Source: an uncultured Acidobacteriota bacterium
Lineage (GTDB): Bacteria; Acidobacteriota; Vicinamibacteria; Vicinamibacterales; UBA2999
Direction of reading: 5' to 3'
DNA: 64,000 nt
Assembly: GCA_902826515.1 (NCBI GenBank)
Contig: CADEFD010000001.1
Coordinates: 3,011-67,010 of the forward strand
Both the position numbers and the translations under genes were made by a program. Below the pieces are notes generated by a model that saw only the letters and a list, made by a program, of their open reading frames with translations, was not told where the DNA came from and searched no databases. Position 1 is the first letter of the stretch, and every line of letters begins with the position of its first letter. Shown piece by piece: positions 16,167-24,540 of this stretch.

Positions 16167-18572
16167 TCAGGCCGGGCTGACCGCGCGCACGCGCCGGGGC
16201 ACCGCGGGCGGACGGCCATTCGCCGGCTCGGCCGGCTTCGCGAAGAAGTAGCCCTGCCCGAACTGACAGCCGAGCTGCCGCAGGTATTCGACCTGCGCTT
16301 CCGTCTCCGTGCCTTCGGCCACGATCTCGAGCTTCAGCGTGCGCGCGAGACCCACGACGAGCTTCACGATCTCGCCCTTGTCCTTGTCGCTGCCGATGCC
16401 GGCCACGAACGATCGGTCGATCTTGAGCACGTCGAGCGGCAGCGACTGCAGGTAGCTGAGCGAGCTGTAGCCGGTGCCGAAGTCGTCGAGGCTGATGCGC
16501 ACGCCGAGGGCGCGTAACTGCGCCAGCACGAGACGGGCGCGGGCGGCGTCCTTGATGGCGGCGCCTTCGGTGATCTCGAGGCGCAGGCTGGCGGCCGGAC
16601 AGCCCGTGGCCTGCAGCATGTCGGAGACCCGCTGCACGAGGGCTTCCTGCGCGAAGGCCTTGGCCGAGAGGTTCACGCTCACCGTGAAGGCCGGCGTGAC
16701 GACGCCGGTATCGAGCCACTCCCGGACCTGGCGGCACGAGGCCTGGAGCACCCATTCGTCGATCTGGGTGATGAGGCCCACTTCCTCCGCCACGTCGAAG
16801 AACTCGCCCGGCGAGACCAGCCCGCGCTCGGGATGCTGCCAGCGCACGAGCGCCTCGACGCCGACGACGCGGTGATCGCCCAGCCACACGATCGGCTGGT
16901 ACCACACGCGGAACTCCTGGCGCTCGACGGCGTGGCGCAGGTCGGTTTCGAGCCGGAGGCGGCGCACCGCCTCGTCGTGGAGCGCCGCGTCGAACACCGA
17001 ATAGCCGCCGGCGCCGGCGTTCTTCGCGCGGTACATCGCCAGGTCGGCGTCGCGGATGATGTCTTCGCCCGACTTGTGGGCATCGGTGGCCACGGCCACG
17101 CCGATGCTCGCGCTCGCGAACACATCCTGCCCGTCGAGCTGCAGCGGCTGCGCGGCCATGAGCTGCACACGTTTGGCGACGCGCACGGCATCGAACGGCT
17201 CGCGGATGCCGTCGAGCAGCACCGCGAATTCGTCGCCGCCGAACCGCGCGAGCGTCGGTTCGGGCAGCGTGCCGGCGCCGGGCATGCGCGACACCACGTC
17301 TTCGGCGCGCACGGCGGCGGCGAGACGTTCGGCGAACATCACGAGCAGGCGGTCACCGGCGGTGTGGCCGAGGCTGTCGTTCACGTGCTTGAAGCGATCG
17401 AGGTCCACGAACAGCACGGCGAACTGGTAGTCACGGCGGCGCACGCGGCGCGCCAGCGCGCGATCGAGCCGGTCCTTGAAATGTGAGCGGTTGGGCAGCT
17501 GCGTGAGGTGGTCGTGGATCGCGTCGTGCACCAGTCGCTCGTGCGCCGACTTGAGGCTCACGCTCATGGCGTTGAACGCCTGGGCCACCGTGGCGGCCTC
17601 GGCATTGCCGCGCACGGGCAGTTGCAGCGCGAGATTGCCGGCGGCGATCTCGGTCGCGGCCGTGGCGATGTCGCGCAGCGGACGGCTCAGGTGACGGCTC
17701 AGGAAGACGCCGCCAACGAGCGACAGCAGCAGCGCCACCACGCCGGCGATGGCGAAACGGACTTCGAGCGCGTCCACGAACCGCTGCGTGGCGGCCCAGT
17801 CCGACAGCACGAGCAGGCGCACGGCATCACCGCCGGGCAGTTCCGGGCTGAGCGGGAACACACCGGCCACGTACTCGCGCCCGCCCACGTCGAGCACGTC
17901 GGGACGCACGCCCGGGGCGGCCATCGTGGCCACGACGAGCGGCTCGGCGCTCGCGCCCATCCGCTCGCGCAGACTCGTGGCCACCACGCGGCCGTTCACG
18001 ACGAGGGCCACTTCACAGCGCGCGAGGTTGGCGAGGTCGCGGGCGATGTCGTCGGTCAGGCGGTAGCCGGCCGTGACGGCGCCGGAGACGCGATCGCCGT
18101 CGCGCACGGGCACGGCGACCACGAGGAAGAGGCGGTCGTCATCCTGCACGAGGGCGCCGGTCGGCTGGCCGCGCAAAGCGGCAGACTGCGCGTTGCGCAC
18201 GACGGGCAGGCCGCTGCCCGACCGGTCGGTCCAGCCGGCCGTGCCGCTCCACGTGCCATCGGCCCGGCTCACCATGGTGAAGGCGGCCTGCAGTTGAGCG
18301 CGCTGGGTCTCGGCAGAGGCAGGCGTCTGCACGGCGATGGCCACGACGTCGATGGCAGCGCGGATGCGCAGATCGAGCAGGCGATGGAACGCCGTCTGCG
18401 CCACCTCGAGATCGGCGGCCACGCGGGCGCGCGACTGCGACGACACCACGCCGAGGGTGGCAAACAGCACCGCGCCAAGGGCCACCGCCACGAGCAGGCC
18501 GAGCGCCGAGGCGACGCGGGCTTCGAGGCGCTGGTGCCAGGGCAGCTCGCGGCCGCCCTTCGGGGTGCTCAT
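16167..18572 (-). CDS. Membrane sensor diguanylate cyclase/phosphodiesterase (periplasmic sensor domain-HAMP-GGDEF-EAL)
   Basis: ORF 16167..18971 trimmed to MSTPKGGRELPWHQRLEARVASALGLLVAVALGAVLF (GAGGAG upstream). A second TM plus HAMP is seen (LSRPLRDIATAATEIAAGNL). Catalytic motifs: RFGGDEFAVLL (GGDEF); EALVRWQHP and DDFGTGYSSLSYL (EAL). Confidence 0.93.
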   Translation of the reverse strand: MSTPKGGRELPWHQRLEARVASALGLLVAVALGAVLFATLGVVSSQSRARVAADLEVAQTAFHRLLDLRIRAAIDVVAIAVQTPASAETQRAQLQAAFTMVSRADGTWSGTAGWTDRSGSGLPVVRNAQSAALRGQPTGALVQDDDRLFLVVAVPVRDGDRVSGAVTAGYRLTDDIARDLANLARCEVALVVNGRVVATSLRERMGASAEPLVVATMAAPGVRPDVLDVGGREYVAGVFPLSPELPGGDAVRLLVLSDWAATQRFVDALEVRFAIAGVVALLLSLVGGVFLSRHLSRPLRDIATAATEIAAGNLALQLPVRGNAEAATVAQAFNAMSVSLKSAHERLVHDAIHDHLTQLPNRSHFKDRLDRALARRVRRRDYQFAVLFVDLDRFKHVNDSLGHTAGDRLLVMFAERLAAAVRAEDVVSRMPGAGTLPEPTLARFGGDEFAVLLDGIREPFDAVRVAKRVQLMAAQPLQLDGQDVFASASIGVAVATDAHKSGEDIIRDADLAMYRAKNAGAGGYSVFDAALHDEAVRRLRLETDLRHAVERQEFRVWYQPIVWLGDHRVVGVEALVRWQHPERGLVSPGEFFDVAEEVGLITQIDEWVLQASCRQVREWLDTGVVTPAFTVSVNLSAKAFAQEALVQRVSDMLQATGCPAASLRLEITEGAAIKDAARARLVLAQLRALGVRISLDDFGTGYSSLSYLQSLPLDVLKIDRSFVAGIGSDKDKGEIVKLVVGLARTLKLEIVAEGTETEAQVEYLRQLGCQFGQGYFFAKPAEPANGRPPAVPRRVRAVSPA

Positions 18573-18683
18573 CTCCTCGGTTATCGGGACGGGTCGCGGC
18601 ACGGTCCAGCCGTTTGCCCACACGGAGTTGCGCAGTTTGGACCTCGGCCTGACTGCTAGACTGCGCAGCGAGGATTCCTGCCC

Positions 18684-20057
18684 ATGACGCCCCCGCGTGC
18701 CTGTCTCGCCGCCCTGCTCATCCTGCTGCCCGCCCTTGCCGCCGCCCAGGTGGCCGTGCCGCCCGACGCCGACCCCCGCGTACGCCAGATCGTGGCCGCC
18801 GTCTCGGAGCCGCGGCTGCGGGCCCTGGCGACACGGCTCGTGAGCTTCGGCACGCGCGAGAGCATGTCGTCCACCACCTCGCCCACCCGCGGCATCGGCG
18901 CGGCGCGTCAGTGGATCTTCGACGAACTCACGAAGTCGAGCCCGCGCCTGCAGGTGTCGTTCGACACCCACGTCATCGCGCCGCAGGGCCGCTTCACGCG
19001 GCAGACCGAGCTGCGCAACGTGATGGCGGTGCTGCCGGGCCGCTCAGCGCGCCGCATCTACATCACCGGCCACTACGACTCGCTGAACCTCGGGAGCGGC
19101 GGCCAGCAGGCGCTCAACGCCACCGGCGGCCAGAATCCGCAGGCCCGGGCCGACTTCGATCACGACGCCGAGGCGCCGGGGGCGAACGACGACGGCAGCG
19201 GCACCGTGCTCACCATGGAGCTGGCGCGTGTGCTGGCTGAGAGCGGCGTGCAGTTCGACGCCACGCTCGTGTTCATCTGCTGGGCCGGTGAGGAGCAGGG
19301 CCTCGTGGGCTCGGCCGCGCACGCGCAGGCGCTCGCCGCCGCGAAGGTGCCGGTCGAGGCCAACTTCAACAACGACATCGTGGGCAACATCCACGGCGGC
19401 AACAGCGTCGTGGACGCCGAGACGGTGCGCGTCTACTCGGTGGGCCCCGAAGACTCGATGTCGCGTGCGCTCGCCCGCTACGTGCAGCGTGTCGCCGCGA
19501 TCTACGTGCCGTCGCACCGCATCCGCCTGATGGCCCGCGAAGACCGCTTCGGCCGCGGCAGCGACCACTCGTCGTTCACACGCCAGGGTTTCCCCGCCGT
19601 GGTCTTCCGCGAGGCCAACGAGAACTTCGCCAAGCAGCACACCGCCGCCGACACGCTCGAAGGGGTGGACTTCCCGTACCTGGCCCAGAACACGCGCGTG
19701 AACGCCGCCGCCGCGGCGTCGCTGGCGCTGGCACCGGCCGCGCCGACGGTGCAGAACGAACGCGGGCAGAACCTGCTCACGCGCGGGCCGTCCGGCTACG
19801 ACGCGCAGCTGCGCTGGAACGCCGTGGCCGGTGCCGTCGCCTACCGCATCTCGTGGCGCGACACCTGGACCAACGACTGGCAGCACCGCCAGACGGTGGG
19901 CAACGTGACCGAGTTCGTCCTCCCCAACGTGTCGATCGACGACTACGTGTTCGGCGTGTCGGCCATTGCCGCCGACGGCCACGAGAGCCTCACGAGCGCC
20001 TATGTCTCGCCGGTGCGGCAGAGCGTGGACGTCAAGGTGGTCAAGGACAGGGACTAG
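18684..20057 (+). CDS. Secreted M28-family aminopeptidase with C-terminal Fn3-like domain
   Basis: Signal peptide MTPPRACLAALLILLPALAAAQ. Motifs seen: ITGHYDS, APGANDDGSGTVLTMELARV, WAGEEQGLVGS, GSDHSSF. The C-terminus YRISWRDTWTNDWQHRQTVGNVTEFVLPN is Fn3-like. Confidence 0.9.
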   Translation: MTPPRACLAALLILLPALAAAQVAVPPDADPRVRQIVAAVSEPRLRALATRLVSFGTRESMSSTTSPTRGIGAARQWIFDELTKSSPRLQVSFDTHVIAPQGRFTRQTELRNVMAVLPGRSARRIYITGHYDSLNLGSGGQQALNATGGQNPQARADFDHDAEAPGANDDGSGTVLTMELARVLAESGVQFDATLVFICWAGEEQGLVGSAAHAQALAAAKVPVEANFNNDIVGNIHGGNSVVDAETVRVYSVGPEDSMSRALARYVQRVAAIYVPSHRIRLMAREDRFGRGSDHSSFTRQGFPAVVFREANENFAKQHTAADTLEGVDFPYLAQNTRVNAAAAASLALAPAAPTVQNERGQNLLTRGPSGYDAQLRWNAVAGAVAYRISWRDTWTNDWQHRQTVGNVTEFVLPNVSIDDYVFGVSAIAADGHESLTSAYVSPVRQSVDVKVVKDRD

Positions 20058-20080
20058 GGACCAGGGAACAGGGACTCGGG
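20048..20080 (+). repeat. Heptad G-tract repeat (CAGGGAC TAGGGAC CAGGGAA CAGGGAC TCGGG)
   Basis: GGG at 20050, 20057, 20064, 20071 and 20078 with an exact 7-nt period. It straddles the M28 stop codon. A second copy at 26249-26278 shares the 13-mer CAGGGACTAGGGA. Confidence 0.85.
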
Positions 20081-20090
20081 CCGCCGGGGC

Positions 20091-20660
20091 TCAGCGGAAG
20101 AGCGACGCATGCAACAGGCTGAACGCTGGGAGTAGTGGCGTCGTGAGCGTGTCGCCGGCATCGCTGGCGAGTTCGGCCACGCGGGGGAAGGCGCCGCCGG
20201 GGTCGCGCCGGAAGACCTTCACCACGTCGAGCTCCGGATCGACGAGCCAGTATTCGCGAACGCCAGCGCGATCGAAGAGTCGGTATTTCGTCTTCTCGTC
20301 CACGCGCCGCGTGCCCGGTGACAGGATCTCAACCACCAGCGCCGGCGCACCTCGTACGTGTTTCTCAGTGACGATGTCCTGCTGATCCGCCGCGACGAAG
20401 AGCAGGTCGGGCTCGACCACGTCGAAGTGGCTGAACACGACGTCGAACGGCGCCACGAAGACTTCGCCGCTGCCGGGATGCACCTCAACATACGAGGCGA
20501 GGGCAACCGACAGGCGCAGCACCAGCCGCTGGTGGCGAGTGTTCGGGCTGGGCGTCTCGTAGTGCTCGCCGTCGATGAGTTCGAGCCGGCGCCCGTCGTC
20601 GGGGAACAGCAGGAAGTCGTCGTACGTGAGCCGCGTGTCTGAGCGCTGTGCCGGATGCAT
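20091..20660 (-). CDS. Uma2-family (DUF820) endonuclease-fold protein
   Basis: TYDDFLLFPDDGRRLELIDGE...PDLLFVAAD...ALVVEILSPGTRRVDEKTKYRLFDRAGVREYWLVDPE. Start set at MHPAQ (GGAG 8 nt upstream); the ORF could also start at 20678. Confidence 0.85.
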   Translation of the reverse strand: MHPAQRSDTRLTYDDFLLFPDDGRRLELIDGEHYETPSPNTRHQRLVLRLSVALASYVEVHPGSGEVFVAPFDVVFSHFDVVEPDLLFVAADQQDIVTEKHVRGAPALVVEILSPGTRRVDEKTKYRLFDRAGVREYWLVDPELDVVKVFRRDPGGAFPRVAELASDAGDTLTTPLLPAFSLLHASLFR

Positions 20661-20827
20661 CGCGTCGTCTCCGCCCATACGGGCATGCTACCACCGCCTC
20701 CACGCGCTGCAATGCGCGTGGCGTGCCAGCACGGATTCGCGTGTGTTTCGGCCTCACGGCACCGCAAGCGCCAGAAGCTGCGCAGCCGGCCACCGCGGCG
20801 ATGGCAGGAATCGCCCGCCGGCCAGAC

Positions 20828-21853
20828 TCAGCGGAAGAGTGACTTCGCGAGTGTGGCGTGTACGCCCTTCACGCCGTCGACCGACTGCGTGACGTGCAGG
20901 TCCGCGGAGAGTGAACAGAGCATATAGGCGTCGTCGCGTGAGAGCCTGCGCGTCTCCACGAGGAAGTCCACCATCTCGCGCACGGCGAGCCTGTTCGCTT
21001 CGTCGAGGTCTTCGTGCAGGCCCATCGCGATGTAATGCGTGGGCGTCTCGGCGCGCGGCCACTTGAGGCGCTGCCCCTTGTGCAGGCGCACTTCGATCTG
21101 ACCGGTAAGCGACGTCTCGAGCGCGGTGCCGCTCACCTCGCCGTGGCCCTGCAGCGCGTGGCCGTCGCCGATCGAGAGCAGGGCGCCGGGCACGTGCACG
21201 GGCACGAAGAGCGTGGAGCCGGCCACGAGATCCTTGTTGTCGAGATTGCCGCCGTGCCATCCCGGGGGACGGCTCGACAGGCGGCCGGTCTGCGGCGGCG
21301 GCGCCACACCCACCGAGCCGAAGAACGGCGCGAGCGGCAGCGTGATGCCGGGCGCGAATTCAACCGAGGTGGCGCCTGGCGCCCAGCGCAGCAGCTTCAA
21401 CTTCGCGTAGGGGAAGTCGTCGGGAATTGTGCCGCCACCGGGTGCGAACGCGTTCAGGCCGAACGTGTGCAGGTAGCCGATCGAGAGGAAACGCACTTCG
21501 AGCGTGTCGCCCGGTTCGGCGCCCTCGACGAACACCGGTCCCGTCATGGGATGCGCGCCAGGGCCGCGTTCCGTCACCGTCTGCTCCACGGCTTTCAGCG
21601 GCGCGGGAATGTCGGTCTCGGGCACGCCGAGCTGACGCAGGCGGCCCAGTCCGCCGGCAATCATCGTCTGCACGTTCACACGGTCGCCTGACGCGATCGT
21701 GAGCACCGGACGGACCTTCGCGTCGTAGAAGCCCCAGTGGATGTTGGCCGGCGTGACCGGCAGGTCATGCACACGCGGCGCCTGGCCGCTGGCGGTGACG
21801 AACGGAACACTGCCGGCCACGATCAGGCCGAAGATCCAGGGGCGTACGGTCAT
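20828..21853 (-). CDS. Acetamidase/formamidase-family amidohydrolase with a signal peptide
   Basis: ORF 20828..22126 trimmed to MTVRPWIFGLIVAGSVPFVTASGQ (GGAG upstream). Motifs seen: GPVFVEGAEPGDTLEV, GNLDNKDLVAGSTLFVPVHVPGALLSIGDGHALQGHGEVSGTALE. Confidence 0.85.
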   Translation of the reverse strand: MTVRPWIFGLIVAGSVPFVTASGQAPRVHDLPVTPANIHWGFYDAKVRPVLTIASGDRVNVQTMIAGGLGRLRQLGVPETDIPAPLKAVEQTVTERGPGAHPMTGPVFVEGAEPGDTLEVRFLSIGYLHTFGLNAFAPGGGTIPDDFPYAKLKLLRWAPGATSVEFAPGITLPLAPFFGSVGVAPPPQTGRLSSRPPGWHGGNLDNKDLVAGSTLFVPVHVPGALLSIGDGHALQGHGEVSGTALETSLTGQIEVRLHKGQRLKWPRAETPTHYIAMGLHEDLDEANRLAVREMVDFLVETRRLSRDDAYMLCSLSADLHVTQSVDGVKGVHATLAKSLFR

Positions 21854-21918
21854 GAAAACTCCAGGGTGCGCGGATTGTCGCATGCCGCGGCGAGCCGGAC
21901 CAGCCGGCATCGTGGCGG

Positions 21919-23502
21919 TTACGGCGCTGGCGTGGGCGCGGAAACGCCGATGGACGCGGCGTAGGTGAATCCCGTATCCGCCTGCTCGTACATCACGATG
22001 CTCATCACCGGCGCGCCTCCGGCCTCGGTCCCCGAGCGGGCCCCGGCCGGCAGAGGGAAGGTGAGACTCTGACGCGTCGTGTCGAGGTCCAGCCACCATC
22101 CCGTCGCCGACCGGCGGGCCGACCACGTGCCGCCCGCCACGGCCCAGCGTCGCGTCGGATCGTACAGAACGGCCGGCGGGCCCGTCGGTTGCGAACTCCG
22201 CAACCAGTGGAGCTGCACATCGACGTCGGTGTTGCGAACCGACACGCTCACAACCCGCACGCGGCCGCCAGGCACCATCGCCGTGGCGCCCACAGCGACT
22301 GGCAACGTGAACAGCGGCTGCAGCTGGTGCACGTCGAAATCGATCGCGACCGATGCCGAGGCCGTGCCCGCCTGCAGTGCGGCGAAGGCCGACGGCAGCA
22401 CCTGGAAGGACACGCCGTTAGCCCGCACGTCGGCCCTTTCTGGCGGCCTGATCGGCGGCAACTTCTCGAGCGCGCTCACCTGGGCGAATGGCGTATCGGC
22501 GGCCGTCACGGGTCGGCGCTGATCTGGTCGAGGTTCATCGACACTCGTCCAGACCGCGGCATCCCGTCCGGCCAGATGCAGCGTGGTCCTGCCCAGGCGC
22601 GGCACGAAGATCAGCGACGGATCGGCGCTCCGGACATCCATCGGCGCGGCGAAGGCGTGGCCTGCATCGGCCGTGGTGTCGAGGGGCCGCCAAAGTTCAC
22701 TGCTGCGTCTCAGCGTGACCTCGACCGAGCCCGGCGCCACGAGCGATGCCGGCGCGGGCGGGCGGGTCTGCGGCACGAACGGGGTCTGGCCGGACATCAT
22801 GAAGACGACGAGGAGCGCCGCCCCGCTCGTCAGGCCGATGACCAGGCGCCGCCGCAACGTGACGTAGTGCAGCACGGTGATGAGACCGGCGAGGATGATG
22901 GCCACGGCCGCCGAGAAGGCCGGCGCCGGCGCCGGCCGATAGTCGAGCCACGACGGCAGCAGTGGATCGATCAACATCCCGGCGCTGATGAGCAGGACCG
23001 CAGCCCCCAGGGCCACGATCACGGCCTGCGACAGCGACCGGGTGGGCGCGGCCAGCGCCATGGCCACGGCCGCCACCCCCAGGTGGTCGAAGGCGAGGTC
23101 CACGGCGCCGCGCGCGGCGTCGCCGGGCTGCAGGCCGGCCGCCAGCAGCGCCACGCCCAGAAGCATCGCCGGTGCCACGACCACCAGCGCCAGCACCGAC
23201 ACCCACTTGCTCGCCCACAGGGTGATCCGCGGGATCGGCCGGGTGCGCCAGAACGCGGCCACGTCCACCAGCGGATCGCGGTGCACGATCGCCACCGTCA
23301 CGACGGCCGCCCCGAGCACGCGACCCAGCTCGAGGAAGAGGTCGATGGGGATCCTGTCGAACTCGTCCTGCACGTCGCCGGGGCCGAGGGCGAGCACCGC
23401 AAGGTCGAGGGCGACCAGTGCCAGCCAGACGAGTGACAGCACGCGGGTCGCCCGCAGGTCGTACCACACCAGATGACGCACGAGGCGGGCCGCCGCGATC
23501 AC
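21919..23502 (-). CDS. Polytopic membrane protein (ABC-2-permease-like N-half) with a roughly 280-aa extracytoplasmic C-terminal domain
   Basis: ORF 21919..24129 trimmed to a GTG that overlaps the ABC ATPase stop (GTGA). It reads (M)IAAARLVRHLVWYDLRATRVLSLVWLALVALDLAVL followed by about six hydrophobic spans, then a non-hydrophobic C-half with no family I recognise. Confidence 0.7.
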   Translation of the reverse strand: MIAAARLVRHLVWYDLRATRVLSLVWLALVALDLAVLALGPGDVQDEFDRIPIDLFLELGRVLGAAVVTVAIVHRDPLVDVAAFWRTRPIPRITLWASKWVSVLALVVVAPAMLLGVALLAAGLQPGDAARGAVDLAFDHLGVAAVAMALAAPTRSLSQAVIVALGAAVLLISAGMLIDPLLPSWLDYRPAPAPAFSAAVAIILAGLITVLHYVTLRRRLVIGLTSGAALLVVFMMSGQTPFVPQTRPPAPASLVAPGSVEVTLRRSSELWRPLDTTADAGHAFAAPMDVRSADPSLIFVPRLGRTTLHLAGRDAAVWTSVDEPRPDQRRPVTAADTPFAQVSALEKLPPIRPPERADVRANGVSFQVLPSAFAALQAGTASASVAIDFDVHQLQPLFTLPVAVGATAMVPGGRVRVVSVSVRNTDVDVQLHWLRSSQPTGPPAVLYDPTRRWAVAGGTWSARRSATGWWLDLDTTRQSLTFPLPAGARSGTEAGGAPVMSIVMYEQADTGFTYAASIGVSAPTPAP

Positions 23503-24398
23503 GCCGGGTGGCTCCTGAAATCGCGCGCCAGCGCGAGGAACGCGCGCCGCAGCGACGTGGGCTGCACCGAGGTCACGCGTCCACCCGGCAGGTGATGTTC
23601 GACGGCCGCCCCGAGGCTGGCAGCATCGAAGGCGCTGTCGACGAAACGCACCGCGCCCGGCAACGCCTCGACCACGAGCCACGACGGCGGCAGGCTGTTC
23701 AGCGCCGGCGCCGACTCGCAGGCCACCTCGACGTCGCGAAAACGTGCCTGCATGTCCGCGAGCGGCTCGGCAAACACCAGCCGGCCCTTGTCGAGGACGG
23801 CCACCCGGTCCGCCAGCCGCTCCACCTCCTCGACCTCGTGCGACGAGATGAGCACCGTCCGGCTGCCGGCGGTGGCGCGCAGCGCGTCCCCCACCTCTTC
23901 GCGCATCAACGGATCGAGGCCGGAAAACGGCTCGTCCATGACGAGCAGTTCCGGCCGGGGCGCCAGGGCGAGCACCAGCGCCGCCTTCATCCGGGCGCCG
24001 CGCGACATCGCCCTCACCGGCACGCCGGCGGGCACCATCAACTGCCGCGACAACTGCGCCGCGAGCGCGGTGTCCCACGCGGGATAAAGCGGCGCACTGA
24101 ACGCGCACAGCTGTTCGAGTGACATCCACTCGGGCAGCACCTGCCCTTCGGAGACGTAGCCGATGCGCGCCAGCGTCGCCGCCGTGAGGCGGCGGCTGTC
24201 GACGCCCAGCATCTCCGACCGGCCGGCGCTCGGCAGGAGAAGGTTCATGAGCAGGCGGATGGTCGTGGTCTTGCCGGCGCCGTTGGGGCCAACGAGGGCG
24301 CAGACACTGCCGACGGGAATTGCCAGCGTCAGGCCGCGGACCGCCTCGGTGCGGCCGAACCGTCTGGTCAGATTCTGGGTCTGCAGGGCCGGCGCCAT
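23499..24398 (-). CDS. ABC transporter ATP-binding protein (ABC-2 type)
   Basis: GPNGAGKTTT (Walker A), MSRGARMKAALVLAL (signature-like), LLVMDEPFSGLD (Walker B), ISSHEV (H-loop). Confidence 0.92.
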   Translation of the reverse strand: MAPALQTQNLTRRFGRTEAVRGLTLAIPVGSVCALVGPNGAGKTTTIRLLMNLLLPSAGRSEMLGVDSRRLTAATLARIGYVSEGQVLPEWMSLEQLCAFSAPLYPAWDTALAAQLSRQLMVPAGVPVRAMSRGARMKAALVLALAPRPELLVMDEPFSGLDPLMREEVGDALRATAGSRTVLISSHEVEEVERLADRVAVLDKGRLVFAEPLADMQARFRDVEVACESAPALNSLPPSWLVVEALPGAVRFVDSAFDAASLGAAVEHHLPGGRVTSVQPTSLRRAFLALARDFRSHPA

Positions 24399-24417
24399 GA
24401 CGTGCGGAGAGTATCGG

Positions 24418-24534
24418 CTACTTCCTGCGCCGTCTGGTCGTCTTTCGCTGCCGCAGCGCCTCGCCGAGCGCCCACGACGCCACCATCAGGATGATGAGGC
24501 CGATGAGCGCGAGCAGCAGGGGCCGGCTGGCCAT
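24418..24534 (-). CDS. Possible 38-aa single-TM mini-protein downstream of the SSF symporter
   Basis: My translation: MASRPLLLALIGLIILMVASWALGEALRQRKTTRRRRK. It starts 6 nt after the symporter stop. It is not in the ORF track (too short) and has no clear SD. Confidence 0.3.
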   Translation of the reverse strand: MASRPLLLALIGLIILMVASWALGEALRQRKTTRRRRK

Positions 24535-24540
24535 GGCGCG

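Noticed and set aside
20090-20843. Direct repeat CTCAGCGGAAGAG(C/T)GAC at the 3' ends of both the Uma2 gene (20090-20106) and the formamidase gene (20827-20843). Both proteins end in SLFR-stop, which suggested a target-site duplication around an inserted Uma2 cassette
   Set aside because: Only 13 nt match exactly. In a GC-biased 64-kb sequence, tens of such matches are expected by chance. No integrase, no inverted repeats and no obvious compositional shift accompany it. It is worth a dot-plot check but not supportable as a mobile element.
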